In this document: in pieces, positions 39,271 to 52,167 of the stretch
Numbering within the stretch: position 1 is the stretch's first letter
Layout of the letters: the number at the start of each line of letters is the position of its first letter
NCBI GenBank assembly: GCA_963771355.1
Contig: CAVYTA010000005.1
Coordinates: 128,001 to 192,000 of the forward strand
DNA length: 64,000 nt
Source: an uncultured Candidatus Rokubacteria bacterium
GTDB lineage: Bacteria > Methylomirabilota > Methylomirabilia > Rokubacteriales > CSP1-6
Reading direction: 5' to 3'
Translations under genes and position numbers: made by a program
The notes under the pieces: model-generated
What the model was told of the DNA's origin: nothing
What the model saw: only the letters and a program-made list of their open reading frames with translations
The model's database searches: none

Positions 39271-40524
39271 ATGAAACATGAGCGGTTCGTCATCATCGGA
39301 GCTTCGTTGGCCGGGGCCAGCGCCGCCGCCGCTCTGCGCGAGGGCGGCTTCGACGGCACCGTCGAGCTCATCGGCGCGGAGCCGCAGCTCCCCTACAATC
39401 GCCCGCCGCTGTCGAAGGGATACCTCCGGGGCCAGGAGCGCTTCGAGGATCAGCTCGTCAACCCCGCCGATTACTACACCCAGCACGACATCAAGCTCCG
39501 CCTCGGGGTCCGGGTCACCCGGGTCGATCCGGGGCGGAAAGTCGTCGGCCTGGACGGCGGCGAAGAGGTGCCGTACGACCGGCTCCTGGTCGCCACGGGC
39601 GGGCGGAACCGGACGCTCACCACCCCCGGCGCGGAGCTTCCGGGCATCTTCCAGCTGCGGACGGTGGAGGATTGCGACCGCATTCGTGCCGTGGCCCGCT
39701 CGGGCGCGCGCGCGGTGGTGATCGGCCTCGGCTTCATCGGCTCCGAGGTGTCGGCGTCTCTCCGCCAGATGGGGCTCGCGGTCACCGCCATCGAGGGCCA
39801 CCCGGTGCCCCTGGCCCGTGTCCTCGGCAACGAGGTGGGCACGGTGCTGGCGGAGATCCACCGCGAGAAGGGCGTGGAGCTGGTGATGGAGGACGCGGTG
39901 TCCGCCTTCGAGGGCGCCGGTCGCCTGGAGCGGCTGCGGACCAAGGGGGGCCGGACCCTCGAGTGCGACCTGGTGGTGGCCGGGATCGGCATCGTGCCCA
40001 ACAGCGAGCTGCTGGCCGGCGCGGGAGCCGCCGTCGACAACGGCATCCTCGTGGACGCCCTCTGCCAGAGCTCGCTGCCCGGCGTCTATGCCGCGGGCGA
40101 CGTCGCCAATCACCTCCACCCTCTCTTCGGCCGGTTACGCGTGGAGCACTGGAACAACGGATTCCAGCAGGGGCGCGCCGCCGCCCGGACCATGCTGGGC
40201 GGGACGCAACCCTACGACTACCTCCATTCGTTCTGGTCGGATCAGTACGAGCACCTGCTGGAGTACGTCGGCTATGCCACCCACTGGGATCGTGTCGTCT
40301 TCCGGGGAGATCCGGGCAGCCGGAAGTTTCTCGGTTTCTTTCTGAAGGATGGGACCCTGCGCGCGGCGATGGGTCTCAACCGGGGCGGGGATCCGGAGGA
40401 TGCCAAGACGGAAGGGGAGCTGAAGCTCGTCGCGAAGCTGATCCGGGCCCGCGTACCGGTCGATCCCAAGCGCCTGGCCGACGAAACCCGAGAGCTCCCG
40501 AGTGTGGCGGAGGATCCGAGCTGA
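39271..40524 (+). CDS. FAD-dependent ferredoxin reductase (HcaD/putidaredoxin reductase-like)
   Basis: IIGASLAG, PYNRPPLSK, LVATG, IGLGFIGSE, YAAGD, RVEHWNN, FWSDQY. Confidence 0.9.
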   Translation: MKHERFVIIGASLAGASAAAALREGGFDGTVELIGAEPQLPYNRPPLSKGYLRGQERFEDQLVNPADYYTQHDIKLRLGVRVTRVDPGRKVVGLDGGEEVPYDRLLVATGGRNRTLTTPGAELPGIFQLRTVEDCDRIRAVARSGARAVVIGLGFIGSEVSASLRQMGLAVTAIEGHPVPLARVLGNEVGTVLAEIHREKGVELVMEDAVSAFEGAGRLERLRTKGGRTLECDLVVAGIGIVPNSELLAGAGAAVDNGILVDALCQSSLPGVYAAGDVANHLHPLFGRLRVEHWNNGFQQGRAAARTMLGGTQPYDYLHSFWSDQYEHLLEYVGYATHWDRVVFRGDPGSRKFLGFFLKDGTLRAAMGLNRGGDPEDAKTEGELKLVAKLIRARVPVDPKRLADETRELPSVAEDPS

Positions 40525-40669
40525 TGGACGGAGCATTGACGACCCGGCGGGTGGTTTTTGTCGCTTCCCACCCTTGTATGCACGCGAAGCGGAGCGACGT
40601 CAGCGTGCATGACGAGTCGTCAATCACCTCCCGCCAAGTTCCTTGACTTCCTGACCGGAAGCGCCCATA

Positions 40670-40696
40670 TTGGCACTCGAGTCAGGTGAGTGCCAG
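40670..40696 (+). promoter_or_regulatory. CIRCE element (HrcA operator) upstream of groES
   Basis: TTGGCACTC-GAGTCAGGT-GAGTGCCAG matches TTAGCACTC-N9-GAGTGCTAA; overlaps a TTGACT-N17-CATATT promoter-like sequence (40643-40671). Confidence 0.9.
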
Positions 40697-40769
40697 GCTT
40701 CTCCTCCCCCCTCCTGATGGGACCCATCCACGAAGTCCCCCTTAGCCAAGATCGGGAGGCGACCTGACC

Positions 40770-41057
40770 ATGAAGATACGTCCCCTGCACGACCGGATTC
40801 TCGTCAAGCGCGAGGAAGAGAAGGAAACCAAGAAGGGCGGCATCATCATTCCCGACTCCGCGAAGGAAAAGCCCCAGGAGGGCAAGGTCGTCGCGGTGGG
40901 CAACGGGCGAGTGAACGAGGACGGGAAGAAGGTCCCCCTGGACGTGAAGGCCCGCGACCGCATCCTCTTCGGCAAGTACGCCGGCTCCGAGGTGAAGCTG
41001 GACGACGAGGAGTACCTGATCCTGAAGGAAGAGGACGTTCTCGCCATCGTCGAGTAA
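40770..41057 (+). CDS. groES: Co-chaperonin GroES
   Basis: [38 protein letters not shown]. Confidence 0.98.
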   Translation: MKIRPLHDRILVKREEEKETKKGGIIIPDSAKEKPQEGKVVAVGNGRVNEDGKKVPLDVKARDRILFGKYAGSEVKLDDEEYLILKEEDVLAIVE

Positions 41058-41132
41058 CTCACCCGAATGGCAAACCCGACCGGGCCGACCGCGCCGGTCA
41101 TTCCGATCGCAGGATCGAGAAGGAGAATGTGA

Positions 41133-42749
<1,617 letters not shown>

Positions 42750-42878
42750 TCGGGTAGGACGCTACCGTCGAATCAGCGGACCATCCCGCGCTCAGATTGG
42801 TGAGCGTGTCCGAGGGCAGGGGGATCGGTTCGTCCCGGAGCTCCGGGCTGAACGGCTCGTTCATGGAGGAAGTGGACA

Positions 42879-43271
42879 ATGGAACCGACCGCACGGAAAT
42901 TGAGCTTTGGACAGCGAATGGGCGAATCGCGCGCCTCGAAAACCCTCCTCTTCTGGTCCGCGGTGGCCGCGGTCGTCGCGACCATGATCGTCGGCTTCAC
43001 GTGGGGGGGATGGGTCACGGGGGGCACCGCCCGGGCCATGGCCCAGACCATGGCCGACGAGGCGGTGGTCAAGCGGCTGGCTCCGATCTGTGTCGTTCAG
43101 TCCGGCCAGGATCCCAAGAAGGTCGAGAAGCTGAAAGAGTTGACCGCCCTCAGCGGCTATGAGCGGGGCGAGTTCTTGAAGAAGGTGGGATGGTCGAAGA
43201 TGCCCGGCGAGGCGGAGAGTGACAGCCGAGTCTCCGAGGAGTGCGCCAAGCTGCTGACCAGTACCAAGTAA
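42879..43271 (+). CDS. Conserved hypothetical membrane-anchored protein
   Basis: GGAGG RBS; TM then VGFTWGGWVTGGTA..LAPICV..GWSKMPG..ECA (two Cys). Confidence 0.7.
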   Translation: MEPTARKLSFGQRMGESRASKTLLFWSAVAAVVATMIVGFTWGGWVTGGTARAMAQTMADEAVVKRLAPICVVQSGQDPKKVEKLKELTALSGYERGEFLKKVGWSKMPGEAESDSRVSEECAKLLTSTK

Positions 43272-43351
43272 ACCGTTCGCGAAGGGCACGCCTGAGCGGC
43301 GGCGGGTCACCGAGACTCGCCGCCGCCGTTGGCCAGATCACGTGGCCAGGA

Positions 43352-43804
43352 TCACGGTGGTGGTCGCCGAGCCAGGAGGCGATCGAGATGGTTGGCGAAG
43401 CGCTGCCGGTCGCTCGGGCCCAGCGGCGCGGGCCCGCCGATGAGCGCGCCTTGAGAGCGCAGGTCCTGCATCAGATTCCGGATGGCGAGACGCTCACGGA
43501 CATTGTCTTCCGAGTAGAGCTCCCCCCGCGGGTCGAGCGCCTGTGCGCCGCGCGCGATGACCTCGGCGGCCAGCGGGATATCGGCGGTGACGACCAGATC
43601 CCCGGGCTGCACCTCCTGCACGATCCGGGAGTCGGCCACGTCGAAGCCCTTGGCCACTCGGAGGGTCCGGATGAAGGGCGACGGCGGGGTGCGGAGCGGC
43701 GTGTTGGCCACCAGCGTCGTCATGACCTGGGAGCGCTCGGCGGCCCGATAGAGGATGTCCTTGATCGGCTGGGGACACGCATCGGCGTCGACCCAGATCT
43801 GCAC
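43352..43804 (-). CDS. yaiI: YaiI/YqxD family protein (DUF188)
   Basis: [39 protein letters not shown]. Confidence 0.92.
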   Translation of the reverse strand: MQIWVDADACPQPIKDILYRAAERSQVMTTLVANTPLRTPPSPFIRTLRVAKGFDVADSRIVQEVQPGDLVVTADIPLAAEVIARGAQALDPRGELYSEDNVRERLAIRNLMQDLRSQGALIGGPAPLGPSDRQRFANHLDRLLARRPPP

Positions 43805-43833
43805 TCAGCGCCCGCTCGCGTCGGCGAACCGGC

Positions 43834-45214
43834 TCACTCGGCTAGCGGCACCTCGTAGCGCAAGCTCCCGAGCAAGATACGCATGGTGAGCCCGTTCGTA
43901 TTCGCTCCGGCATTGGGCAGCGCCCCCCGATAGCTCCCCGGGGTCGTGGCCACGAGCTGGGTCTCGCGAATGCCGCCGTCGACAAGCTGGCGACGGATCC
44001 GTACGTCGGCGGTCGGCAGCGGTCGCCCCGCGGTATCCGTTACCCGCACCGTGATGGCGGCGGTGCGGCCCTCGGCGTCGCGCTCCCGCGTCATCTCGAA
44101 CCGTGGCAGGCCGGCGAGCTCGGACGGTTTCTCCGCCGGAATGGCCTCCTCCCTCGCGGGTATCGCGCTCGCCCCGCGCGCGGCGCTTTGCTTTGGGGGA
44201 AGCTCGGTCCGCGGCGCGGGAGCGGCCGCCCGCTCCACGGCGGGCGGGGGCGTGGCGGAACGCGTTGCCTTCGTGGAGCGGGGCCGATCGACCGTGCGCG
44301 CGGAGGCGACCGCGCGGGACGGTGGCTCGACCGCGGGCGCAGGCTCAACGGCCCGCGGCGGCTCGGCGGGGCGCGGCAGCTCGCGGGACCGCGGTGGCTC
44401 GGCGGAGCGCAGTGGCTCGGCGGGGCGCGGCAGCTCGGCGGGAGCGCGGCGGCTCGGCGGAGCGCGGCGGCTCGGCGGGGCGCGGCGGCTCGGCGGAACG
44501 CGGCGGCTCGGCGGAACGCGGCGGCTCGGCGGAACGCGGCGGCTCGGCGGAACGCGGCGGCGCCATCTCGGGCGGCGCGGCCGGGGGGGCGGACCGGAGA
44601 GCCGTGGTAGCGTCGGGCGGCGTCGGGACCTTCGTCTCGACGGGCGCCGGCATGGGGCGGCTTTCGTCCGTCGCACTGCCGGCCGCCGCCGGCTGCCTGC
44701 CCGGCGCCGTCCGCGGCTGGTCGACCGAGGCGCTGAGCCAGGACGTCCCGCGGTCCGCGACCCCGGCCACGCCGTCGGCGAGGCGGTGAATGGTATCGCG
44801 GGGCAGCACCATCGCCACGCTCACCACCGCTGCTGCGAAGACCAGAGCGGACACCAACGTTCGACGCCGTCCCGGGGTGCGCGTGGCGTCTTCTTCCTCG
44901 AGCTCGTCCGCCGCGTCCAGCTCCTCCGCGGGTAACTGGCCACCGTCGCTGAGCTGCCATGACATGCCGTCTCTGCGCGAGACGATGGCGTAGCCTTGAG
45001 TGCGAAGCAGCTCGTCCACCCCGCGGACGCGCCGCTGGTCCGACACCATCGCCGGCGGGGGTGGGGCCGGCTCCTTGCGGAGGGGCAAGTCAGGCCGCCG
45101 GTCGATGATGATTTGAAGCTCGTTGCCGTCCGCGGTGAGGTGCTGCAGGACGATATTCAGGTAGCCAAGGAGGAGAGGACTGTCGTGCGCCACGATGCAG
45201 AGATGCTGGGCCAT
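43834..45214 (-). CDS. Single-pass membrane protein with (PPRSAE)n linker and C-terminal Ig/FixH-like beta domain; one frameshift at about 44441
   Basis: MAQHLCIV..IIIDRR..DQRR N-domain, TM (LVSALVFAAAVVSVAMVL), repeat linker in frame 44345-45355 continuing in frame 43834-44676 (ITVRVTDTAGRPL..PGSYRG). Confidence 0.65.
44344..44560. repeat. 18-bp coding tandem repeat, 12 units
   Basis: Consensus CTCGGCGGAACGCGGCGG (four perfect copies at 44489-44560, the rest degenerate); unit 6 (44434-44452) is 19 nt and shifts the frame. Confidence 0.9.
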
Positions 45215-45418
45215 GTCGGTGCCCTCCCGCGCCGGATTCTGACGAAACCGGCGGTTGGGCGGCTCCTTCAAATCTTGCCCCCGCCGACCCCTCTCCGTCA
45301 AGGTAACTGCGAGCCAGATCATCCAGAGCAACTGCCACAGCAACTGCAAGGCCAAATCACCATGAAGATCAATGGTTCTCTGATATCACGAAACGGCCCG
45401 GGAAAGCGAGGATGACTG

Positions 45419-45778
45419 ATGAGCGAGGACACTTTCGACGCCAGGAAGGCTGCGGCCCGCCGCTACATGGCGACCAAGCCTCTCGTCGAACCGCTGCTGG
45501 CCCAGCTGGTCAGCCAGATGGACTCGGTCGAGCCGGCCCTGCGCGGGCAGTACGAGCAAGCGTGGCGCGCCCGAGCGGAGGCCATCGAGGCCATTCTCGA
45601 GGAGGCCGAGGCCACCCTCTACACGGTCGCCGAGCTCGAGGCCCTCGCCCGCTTCTGGGGCTCGCCCGAGGGCCGGTCCATCCAGCGCAAGGGCGCGCAG
45701 GAGATGGTGATGGTGTTCAACCGGCTTCAGCCGCTCATCGAGGCGGTCAACGACGAGGTCCTGGGCCCCGGGGCCTAG
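45419..45778 (+). CDS. Hypothetical protein (DUF2059-like)
   Basis: YTVAELEALARFWGSPEGRSI resembles the DUF2059 motif. Confidence 0.65.
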   Translation: MSEDTFDARKAAARRYMATKPLVEPLLAQLVSQMDSVEPALRGQYEQAWRARAEAIEAILEEAEATLYTVAELEALARFWGSPEGRSIQRKGAQEMVMVFNRLQPLIEAVNDEVLGPGA

Positions 45779-45796
45779 GAGCCCCGGGCGGCGTGC

Positions 45797-46783
45797 TCAC
45801 CCGGCTCGAGCGCCCGTGAACCCCGTCTTGGCGTACTTCACGTCGCGGTACTCCCCGGAGAGCACCGGCGCATGTCGGGGGGCTCCCTGCGAGGGCAGGC
45901 ACTCGATCAGGGTGTCGTAGTTCGGATGGTTGAAGAAGGCGATGGACAGGCGGGCGGCGCTCGCCGCGCCGGTCGCGGGCGGGTTCACCACGCGGTGCAA
46001 GTTCGAGAGCCACCGGTCATTGGTCCAGCGCATGAGCAGGTCGCCGATATTCACCACGAAGGTCGTCGGTGACGTCGGCACCTCGATCCAGCGCTGATCG
46101 CGCGTGCGCACCTGCAGGCCCCCCGGCACGTCCTCGCCGCTCAGGATGGTGAAGCCGCCGTAGTCCGTATGGGCGCTGGCGCGCAGCTGACCGGGCTCGG
46201 GCGGAGCGGCCTGGCCGGGGTAGTAGTTGAGCCGCATGGTGCCGATGGAGCGGTCCACCTTGTCGTCGAAGAAGCCCTCCTCCACGTCCAGCGCGAGCGC
46301 GGCCAGCCGCATCAGGAAGCGGATCTGGCTGCTCATGGCCCGGTAGTACGCGGTTGCCGCCGACTCGAAGCCGGCGGGCGCGGCCGGCCAGACGTTCGGC
46401 TCGAAGTGCCGCCGGCCCCTGGGCCCCGTGTAGTACGCGTCGCCCGAGACGTCCACCGGGCCGACGTGGAAGAACTCCTTCAGATCCGGCGGTGCGGCCA
46501 CGTCGTTCGCGGTGGCGAGCGTCTCGCCCCCCACGGGGTGATAGCCGCGGTTGGTGCCCGGGACGGGATGCCGGGCGGCGAGCTTCTCCGCGAGGGGCAA
46601 CGCGAAGAACTCGTGCGCGCGGGCGCGGAGGCCATGCACGAGCGAGTCGGGCACCCCGTGACCGCCGATGGCGAAGAAGCCGATCTCGCGGCAGGCGGCG
46701 TCGATGGCGCGCGCCACCTCCAGGCGGGCGGCCCGGCCGCCGGCGCGCGCCGGCGTCAGGTCGATGACGGGGACGGAGGTCAT
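45797..46783 (-). CDS. 2-oxoglutarate/Fe(II) dioxygenase, isopenicillin N synthase family
   Basis: VPVIDL, ACREIGFF, RLNYYP, AHTDYG (HxD), VNIGD, HRVV, RLS. Confidence 0.92.
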   Translation of the reverse strand: MTSVPVIDLTPARAGGRAARLEVARAIDAACREIGFFAIGGHGVPDSLVHGLRARAHEFFALPLAEKLAARHPVPGTNRGYHPVGGETLATANDVAAPPDLKEFFHVGPVDVSGDAYYTGPRGRRHFEPNVWPAAPAGFESAATAYYRAMSSQIRFLMRLAALALDVEEGFFDDKVDRSIGTMRLNYYPGQAAPPEPGQLRASAHTDYGGFTILSGEDVPGGLQVRTRDQRWIEVPTSPTTFVVNIGDLLMRWTNDRWLSNLHRVVNPPATGAASAARLSIAFFNHPNYDTLIECLPSQGAPRHAPVLSGEYRDVKYAKTGFTGARAG

Positions 46784-46786
46784 GAC

Positions 46787-47545
46787 CTAGAGCGTCGAGA
46801 ACACCGAGCCGCCGTCGACGATGAGCGTCTGACCGCTCATGAAGGCGCTGTCGTCGGAGGCGAGGAAGACCACGGTCCCTTCGACGTCGTCGGGGAAGGC
46901 GTCGCGCTTGAGCGACCGGGCCTGCATGATCGCGGCCTCCTGGAAGCCCGTGATATCGGGGTTGGCCTGCACGGTATCGCTCAGGATGAGCCCCGGCGCC
47001 ACCGCGTTGACGGTGATCCGATCCGGCCCGAGCTCGCGGGCCAGCGCGCGGGTCATGGCCACCACCGCACCCTTGGACGTCACGTAGTGCATGAGCAGCG
47101 CGGTGCCCTTGGCCACGATGGCGGAGGCCACGTTGACGATGCGCCCGCCGCCCTGGGCGCGCATGGTGGGGACCACCGCGCGCGCGCAGTTCCACACGCC
47201 CCTGACGTTGACCGCCATCACGCGATCCCACTCGGCCTCGGGGATCTCGTCGAAGCGCTGCGGCTTGAGCGTGGCGAAGACCGCGGCATTGTTCACGAGC
47301 ACGTCGATGCGGGCGAAGCGGGCCAGCGCGGCCTCCACCATGGCGCGGACAGAGGCCGCGTCGCTCACGTCGGTGGGCACGCCCAGCGCGCGCCCAGTGG
47401 GATCGAGCTTGTCCGCGGCGGACCGGGGATCGGCGATGTCCGCCACCACCACGCGCGCGCCCTCGGCGAGAAACCGTTTCGCGTACGCGAACCCGATGCC
47501 CGCCGCGCCGCCGGTAATGATCGCCACCTTGCCGTCGAGCCGCAT
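46787..47545 (-). CDS. SDR oxidoreductase
   Basis: TGGAAGIG, NNAA, YVTSK, VNAVAPG, GQTLIVDGG. Confidence 0.92.
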   Translation of the reverse strand: MRLDGKVAIITGGAAGIGFAYAKRFLAEGARVVVADIADPRSAADKLDPTGRALGVPTDVSDAASVRAMVEAALARFARIDVLVNNAAVFATLKPQRFDEIPEAEWDRVMAVNVRGVWNCARAVVPTMRAQGGGRIVNVASAIVAKGTALLMHYVTSKGAVVAMTRALARELGPDRITVNAVAPGLILSDTVQANPDITGFQEAAIMQARSLKRDAFPDDVEGTVVFLASDDSAFMSGQTLIVDGGSVFSTL

Positions 47546-47594
47546 GAGTGGCGCGAGCTTAGACGACGTCACCGGAGCGGTCAAGGCGGAGCCC

Positions 47595-48266
47595 TCAGGG
47601 CGCGATGATCACGTGCTCGCGCGTGATGATGAAGGGCAGGTCGGGCGCGACGAAGTTGGGCTCGTCGGCCCGTGTCCGCGCGTATTCGGGGCTGGCGGCC
47701 GAGGCGCGCATGGCGGCGGTGTCGTCGAACCAGGTGATGGCGACGCCATCCCACGCGGGCCGGCGCCCCCCGTCATAGGCGGACCGCCGGAGGTGGCTCT
47801 GAACGTATCGCCGCACCATCGGGATGGTCGCCGCCAGCGGCCCGTGGGTCTCGCGCCAGTAGCGCTGGAAGGCCTCCACCTCCATGCCGGGCTTGCGGGT
47901 GACGAACTCCACGTTCTTCACGCCGCCCGCCGGCGCGGGGGCGTCCTTGATGACGTGCTCCTCGACGATGAGGAGGCCCATGGTCGAGCGGTCGATGAAC
48001 TTCGCCTCGTCGGCTTCGACGGCCTCGATGGCCGGCGTGCCCTGGAGCGCCCGCATGGCGGCGGTGTCCTCGAACCAGACCTCGGCGATGCCGTCGTAGA
48101 GGGGACGGCCCTTGCGGTAGCCCGAGGGCAAGGTGTGCGACTGCACGTAGCCCCGGATGCCGGGCAGCCGGGTCACCACCTCGGGATGCTTCGATCGCCA
48201 GTACTCCTGGAAGGCCTCGACGGTGAGCTCCGGCCGGCGGCGGAAATACGAGAGCGCCTTGACCAT
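47595..48266 (-). CDS. Tandem EthD-domain protein
   Basis: Two repeats of RRPELT/RKPGM..FQxYW..H..YVQSH..DG(I/V)A..WFxD..ADE; start MVKALSYF at 48266. Confidence 0.85.
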   Translation of the reverse strand: MVKALSYFRRRPELTVEAFQEYWRSKHPEVVTRLPGIRGYVQSHTLPSGYRKGRPLYDGIAEVWFEDTAAMRALQGTPAIEAVEADEAKFIDRSTMGLLIVEEHVIKDAPAPAGGVKNVEFVTRKPGMEVEAFQRYWRETHGPLAATIPMVRRYVQSHLRRSAYDGGRRPAWDGVAITWFDDTAAMRASAASPEYARTRADEPNFVAPDLPFIITREHVIIAP

Positions 48267-48268
48267 GG

Positions 48269-49393
48269 TCAGTCCTCCAGCAGCACGCAGTGCCGCGGCT
48301 CCACGATGAGAAAGACCGCCTCGCCCTCGGCCACCGGGTCCGTCGCCACCTCGCGGATCACGAGGGACCGTCCGCCCCAGTCCACGTGGTACTGGGTAAA
48401 GTCGCCCTGGAAGACGCGGCGGCGGACGGTGGCCGGCCACACGTTGAGGGCGCCGGCCGGGCGCTCGCGCGAGAGACGCACGTGAACGGTCCGCACCGAC
48501 AGTAGCGCCTCCGCGCCCATGCGACGGCCATGGGCGGTGCCGTGGACGAAGTCGCCGCCGGCAGTCTCCAGTACCACGAGCCCGTCGCGCTCGAGATCCG
48601 GCCGGTGGCGGCCCCGGATCAGATTGGCCGATCCGATGAAGTCGGCGACGAAGGTATTGCGGGGGAGGTCGTAGATCTCGTTGGGCGTGCCCATCTGCTC
48701 GATCACGCCGTCGCGCATGACCAGGATGCGATCGGAGATCGCCAGCGCCTCCTCGAGGTCGTGGGTCACGTACACCGAGGTGATGTCGAGGCGGCGCTGC
48801 AGCTCCTTGATCTCGAGCCGCATCTCGGCGCGCAGCTTGGCGTCGAGGTTGCTGAGCGGCTCGTCGAAGAGCAGCACCGAGGGCGAGAACACGAAGGCGC
48901 GCGCCAGCGCCACCCGCTGCTGCTGGCCGCCGGAGAGCTTGGCCGCGCTGCGGTCGGCCAGCTCGCCCATCTGCACCAGCTCGAGCGCGCCGCGGACTTT
49001 CTCCGCGACCAGGGCGGCGGGCAGCTTGCGCACGCGCAGCCCGTAGGCGACGTTGTCGAACACCGTCATGTGCGGCCAGATGGCATAGGACTGGAACACC
49101 ATGGAGAGCCCGCGCTTCTCCGGCGGTACGTGGACACGCGGGGAGGTGGCGAACACCGGGCTGCCGTCGATGCGGATCTCTCCCGACTCCGGCTGCTCGA
49201 GCCCGGCAATGGCCCGGAGGGTGGTGGTCTTCCCGCAGCCGGAGGGTCCCAGGAGCGTGAGGTGCTCGCCCGCCGCCACGGTGAAGGAGACGCCCCGCAC
49301 CGCGGGGACCTTGCCGTAGCGAACGACGAGGTCGCGCACCTCGATGGAGCCCCGGCGCGTCGATCCTCCGGACGGCCCGCTCACGCTACTCAC
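48269..49393 (-). CDS. ABC transporter ATP-binding protein (Fe3+/polyamine type) with TOBE domain
   Basis: [46 protein letters not shown]. Confidence 0.93.
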   Translation of the reverse strand: MSSVSGPSGGSTRRGSIEVRDLVVRYGKVPAVRGVSFTVAAGEHLTLLGPSGCGKTTTLRAIAGLEQPESGEIRIDGSPVFATSPRVHVPPEKRGLSMVFQSYAIWPHMTVFDNVAYGLRVRKLPAALVAEKVRGALELVQMGELADRSAAKLSGGQQQRVALARAFVFSPSVLLFDEPLSNLDAKLRAEMRLEIKELQRRLDITSVYVTHDLEEALAISDRILVMRDGVIEQMGTPNEIYDLPRNTFVADFIGSANLIRGRHRPDLERDGLVVLETAGGDFVHGTAHGRRMGAEALLSVRTVHVRLSRERPAGALNVWPATVRRRVFQGDFTQYHVDWGGRSLVIREVATDPVAEGEAVFLIVEPRHCVLLED

Positions 49394-51050
49394 CCGGATG
49401 CTGGATGGCGCGGCGGGCCACGGTGAAGAGGAGTACCAGCGCGATGGCGACCGCCAGCGTCTGGAGCAGCGCCATTGCCGCCGTCAGCTCGGTGCTGGTG
49501 GAGAACCACGACTCCACGATGGCGGGGGTGATGACCTTGGAATGGGGTCCCATGAGCAGGATGGACGCGCCCAGCTCCCGCACGCTGGCGATGAAGAGCA
49601 GCAGCCAGGCCGCGATGAGGCCGGGGCGGAGCAGCGGCATGGTCACGGTGCGCATGCGATAGCCCCACGAGGCGCCGCACATCTGGGCGCTTTCCTCCAG
49701 CGAGCGGTCGATCTGGAGGATCACGCCGGCGATGGTGCGGAGACCGAGCGGCAGGAAGACGGTGAGGTAGGCGATGAGGAGGAGCCAGAGCGTCCCGTAA
49801 ACCGGGATCGGGAAGATCAGCCAGGCCCAGAGCATCCCGAAGGCGAAGACCAGCCGCGGCACCGCCTGCGGGAACATCAGCACGTACTCGATGACGCCCA
49901 CGCCGGGAAGACGCGAGCGGTAAATCATCCACGCCAGGAAGCCCATGATGAGCACCCCGAGGCTGGCGGTGCCCACGCCGAGCAGGAGGCTGTTCCAGAG
50001 CGCCCCTCGTACCGCGTCCAGCGAGAGCGCGGTCCGGTAGTTCTCCAGCGTGAAGTTGCCGGCCCTGGGGAACGCGGTGGCGAGCCGCTGGATGGAGGAG
50101 TAGAGCAGAGTGAAGATGGGCAGGATCACCGCCACCCCGAGATAGGCCCAGCAAACCGCCAGGAGCGACCACCGGAGAGAGCCCACGTTCATCACGCGCG
50201 GGCGGAAGGCCTTGCCGGTGATGGTCACGAAGGTGCCCCCGCTCACCACCCGCCGATAGATGTAGACCATGAGGAACATCACCGCGAAGAGCGAGACGCC
50301 CATGGCGGCGGCGCGGGGGAACTGGGGCGGGTACTGCGAGACGAGCTGGTACATGGCGGTGGTGACCACGTAGAAGCGGCTGGGCAGCCCGAGCACCAGC
50401 GCCGCCGAGAACGAGCCCAGCATCTCGGCGAAGACGAAGATGGCCGCGCCGAGCACACCCGGCAGCACCAGCGGCAAGGTGATGCGCAGCATGGTACGCA
50501 GCCGCCCCGCCCCGAGCACCTGCGACGCCTCTTCCAGCGCGGGATCCATGGATTTCATCACCGCCCCGATCATGACGAAGGCCACCGAGCCCTCGAAGAG
50601 CGCCATGACCCAGGCGATGCCGTAGGGCGTGGTCACGTCGATGAGGTGGCCCTCGCCGCCCAGCGCCCGCCACACCTGGTTGAGGAAGCCGCCGCTGGGC
50701 GAGCCGATGAGGCTCCACGCCAGCGCGCCCATGAGCGGCGTCACGTAGTAGGGCAGCGCCATGAGCTGCTCGAGGGCCGCGCGGCCGGGGACATTGGTAC
50801 GCGTGAGGATCCAGCCCATCACGAAGCCGAAGACGACGGCCATCGCGGTGGCCACCACCGCCACCGTCACCGTATTGCCGAAGATGTGGCTGTAGCGGGG
50901 CAGGTCCGCGAAGTTGTCGAGCCCGTAGGCTTCGGGCGGACGCGCCTGGGGGTCGCCCACGCTGAGCGACGCCTGGAGGAGGAAGAAGATCGGATAGAGG
51001 ACGAGAACCGCGGCGGCGCCCCCGACCAGGAGGCTGACGAGGCGCGCCAC
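49386..51050 (-). CDS. ABC transporter permease (FbpB-like, duplicated domain)
   Basis: Two EAA loops ([20 protein letters not shown]); about 12 TMs. Confidence 0.92.
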   Translation of the reverse strand: MARLVSLLVGGAAAVLVLYPIFFLLQASLSVGDPQARPPEAYGLDNFADLPRYSHIFGNTVTVAVVATAMAVVFGFVMGWILTRTNVPGRAALEQLMALPYYVTPLMGALAWSLIGSPSGGFLNQVWRALGGEGHLIDVTTPYGIAWVMALFEGSVAFVMIGAVMKSMDPALEEASQVLGAGRLRTMLRITLPLVLPGVLGAAIFVFAEMLGSFSAALVLGLPSRFYVVTTAMYQLVSQYPPQFPRAAAMGVSLFAVMFLMVYIYRRVVSGGTFVTITGKAFRPRVMNVGSLRWSLLAVCWAYLGVAVILPIFTLLYSSIQRLATAFPRAGNFTLENYRTALSLDAVRGALWNSLLLGVGTASLGVLIMGFLAWMIYRSRLPGVGVIEYVLMFPQAVPRLVFAFGMLWAWLIFPIPVYGTLWLLLIAYLTVFLPLGLRTIAGVILQIDRSLEESAQMCGASWGYRMRTVTMPLLRPGLIAAWLLLFIASVRELGASILLMGPHSKVITPAIVESWFSTSTELTAAMALLQTLAVAIALVLLFTVARRAIQHPGE

Positions 51051-51063
51051 CGCGGCGGCTCCT

Positions 51064-52167
51064 CTAGAGCCCCATGATCCCGTTCCACTCCTTCACGAAG
51101 GCGGCGTGGCTGGTCTGGAAGTCCGTCCAGTCGGTGGGGAAGAGCAGCTTGAAGTCGGACAGCTTCTTGCCGGTGGCCATCGGCGGCGCGTCGTTCTTGA
51201 CCGAGCCGTAGAGGAGGATGGTCTGGGTCTGGTTCACCGTCTGGCCCCGGTTGGACAGCGCCCAGTCCACGAAGAGCTTGGCCGCTTCCGGATGCGGGGC
51301 CTTGTTGGCCACTCCGATGAGCGCCGGCGTGGCCGGCAGCCCATCCGGCGGCGCCACGAACTCGATCTCCGCACCCTTCTCCTTGAAGAGCGTATAGCCC
51401 GCGTACTCCGCCAGCCCGCAGATGCGGTCGTCACCCTTGGCGAGGCGGTCGAAGAGCTGGGCCCGCGAGTCGAACCCGCGCGGCCGCAGCTTGGCGAACT
51501 CCTGCCAGTAGTCGGCGCCGTAGAGCTTGCGCAGCATGTACCACTGCATGTGCTGCATGCCCGAGGTGGCGAGCTTGGCGCTCATGCCGTCCTTGTGGAT
51601 GGGGTTCAGCATGTCCTTCCAGGTCTTGGGCGCCTGCTCGGGCTTCACCTTCGACTTGTTGTAGGAAATGCCGGCGAAGGTGACGCCCATCCAGGTGAAA
51701 TAGCCGCCGGGCGTGCTCTGATACGGCGCCTTGTAGGACGCGTGCTCGGGCGAGACGTACTGCTCGTAGCCGCCCTTCTTCTGGAAGTCGATGGCGGGCG
51801 AGATGTCGGAGAGCTGGAGCACGTCGCACGCGAAGCGGCCGGCCGAGCGCTCGGCGGTGATCTTGGCGTAGAGCGCGCCCGTCTGGGCCCGCACATAGCT
51901 GGTCTTGATCTTGGGGAAGTCTTTCCGGAACGCGTCGAGCAAGGCGGCGATCCCGGCCTCGCCGTCGTGGCTGTAGTAGACGACCTCGCCCTCCGCTTCC
52001 GCCTTGGCGACGTCCGCGCCGGTCATGAAGTCGAGGACCTTGGTGCTCTTCGCGGGCGTCTGCGCGGCGGCCGGCGCGACCCGGCCCAGCATGGGGGTGG
52101 CGGCCAGGACGGCCCCGGCTTTGAGAATCTGTCGGCGTGTGATGCGATGCGACTCGTGCTCGGACAT
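51064..52167 (-). CDS. Tat-exported extracellular solute-binding protein (FbpA/AfuA-like)
   Basis: Start MSEHESHRITRRQILK at 52167 after a GAGGAGG RBS; AEGEVVYYS, PKTWKDML, APHPEAAKLFVDW. Confidence 0.9.
   Translation of the reverse strand: MSEHESHRITRRQILKAGAVLAATPMLGRVAPAAAQTPAKSTKVLDFMTGADVAKAEAEGEVVYYSHDGEAGIAALLDAFRKDFPKIKTSYVRAQTGALYAKITAERSAGRFACDVLQLSDISPAIDFQKKGGYEQYVSPEHASYKAPYQSTPGGYFTWMGVTFAGISYNKSKVKPEQAPKTWKDMLNPIHKDGMSAKLATSGMQHMQWYMLRKLYGADYWQEFAKLRPRGFDSRAQLFDRLAKGDDRICGLAEYAGYTLFKEKGAEIEFVAPPDGLPATPALIGVANKAPHPEAAKLFVDWALSNRGQTVNQTQTILLYGSVKNDAPPMATGKKLSDFKLLFPTDWTDFQTSHAAFVKEWNGIMGL

Noticed and set aside
44344..44560. Possible CRISPR array
   Set aside because: Contiguous 18-bp units without unique spacers, in frame within a CDS, and no cas genes.
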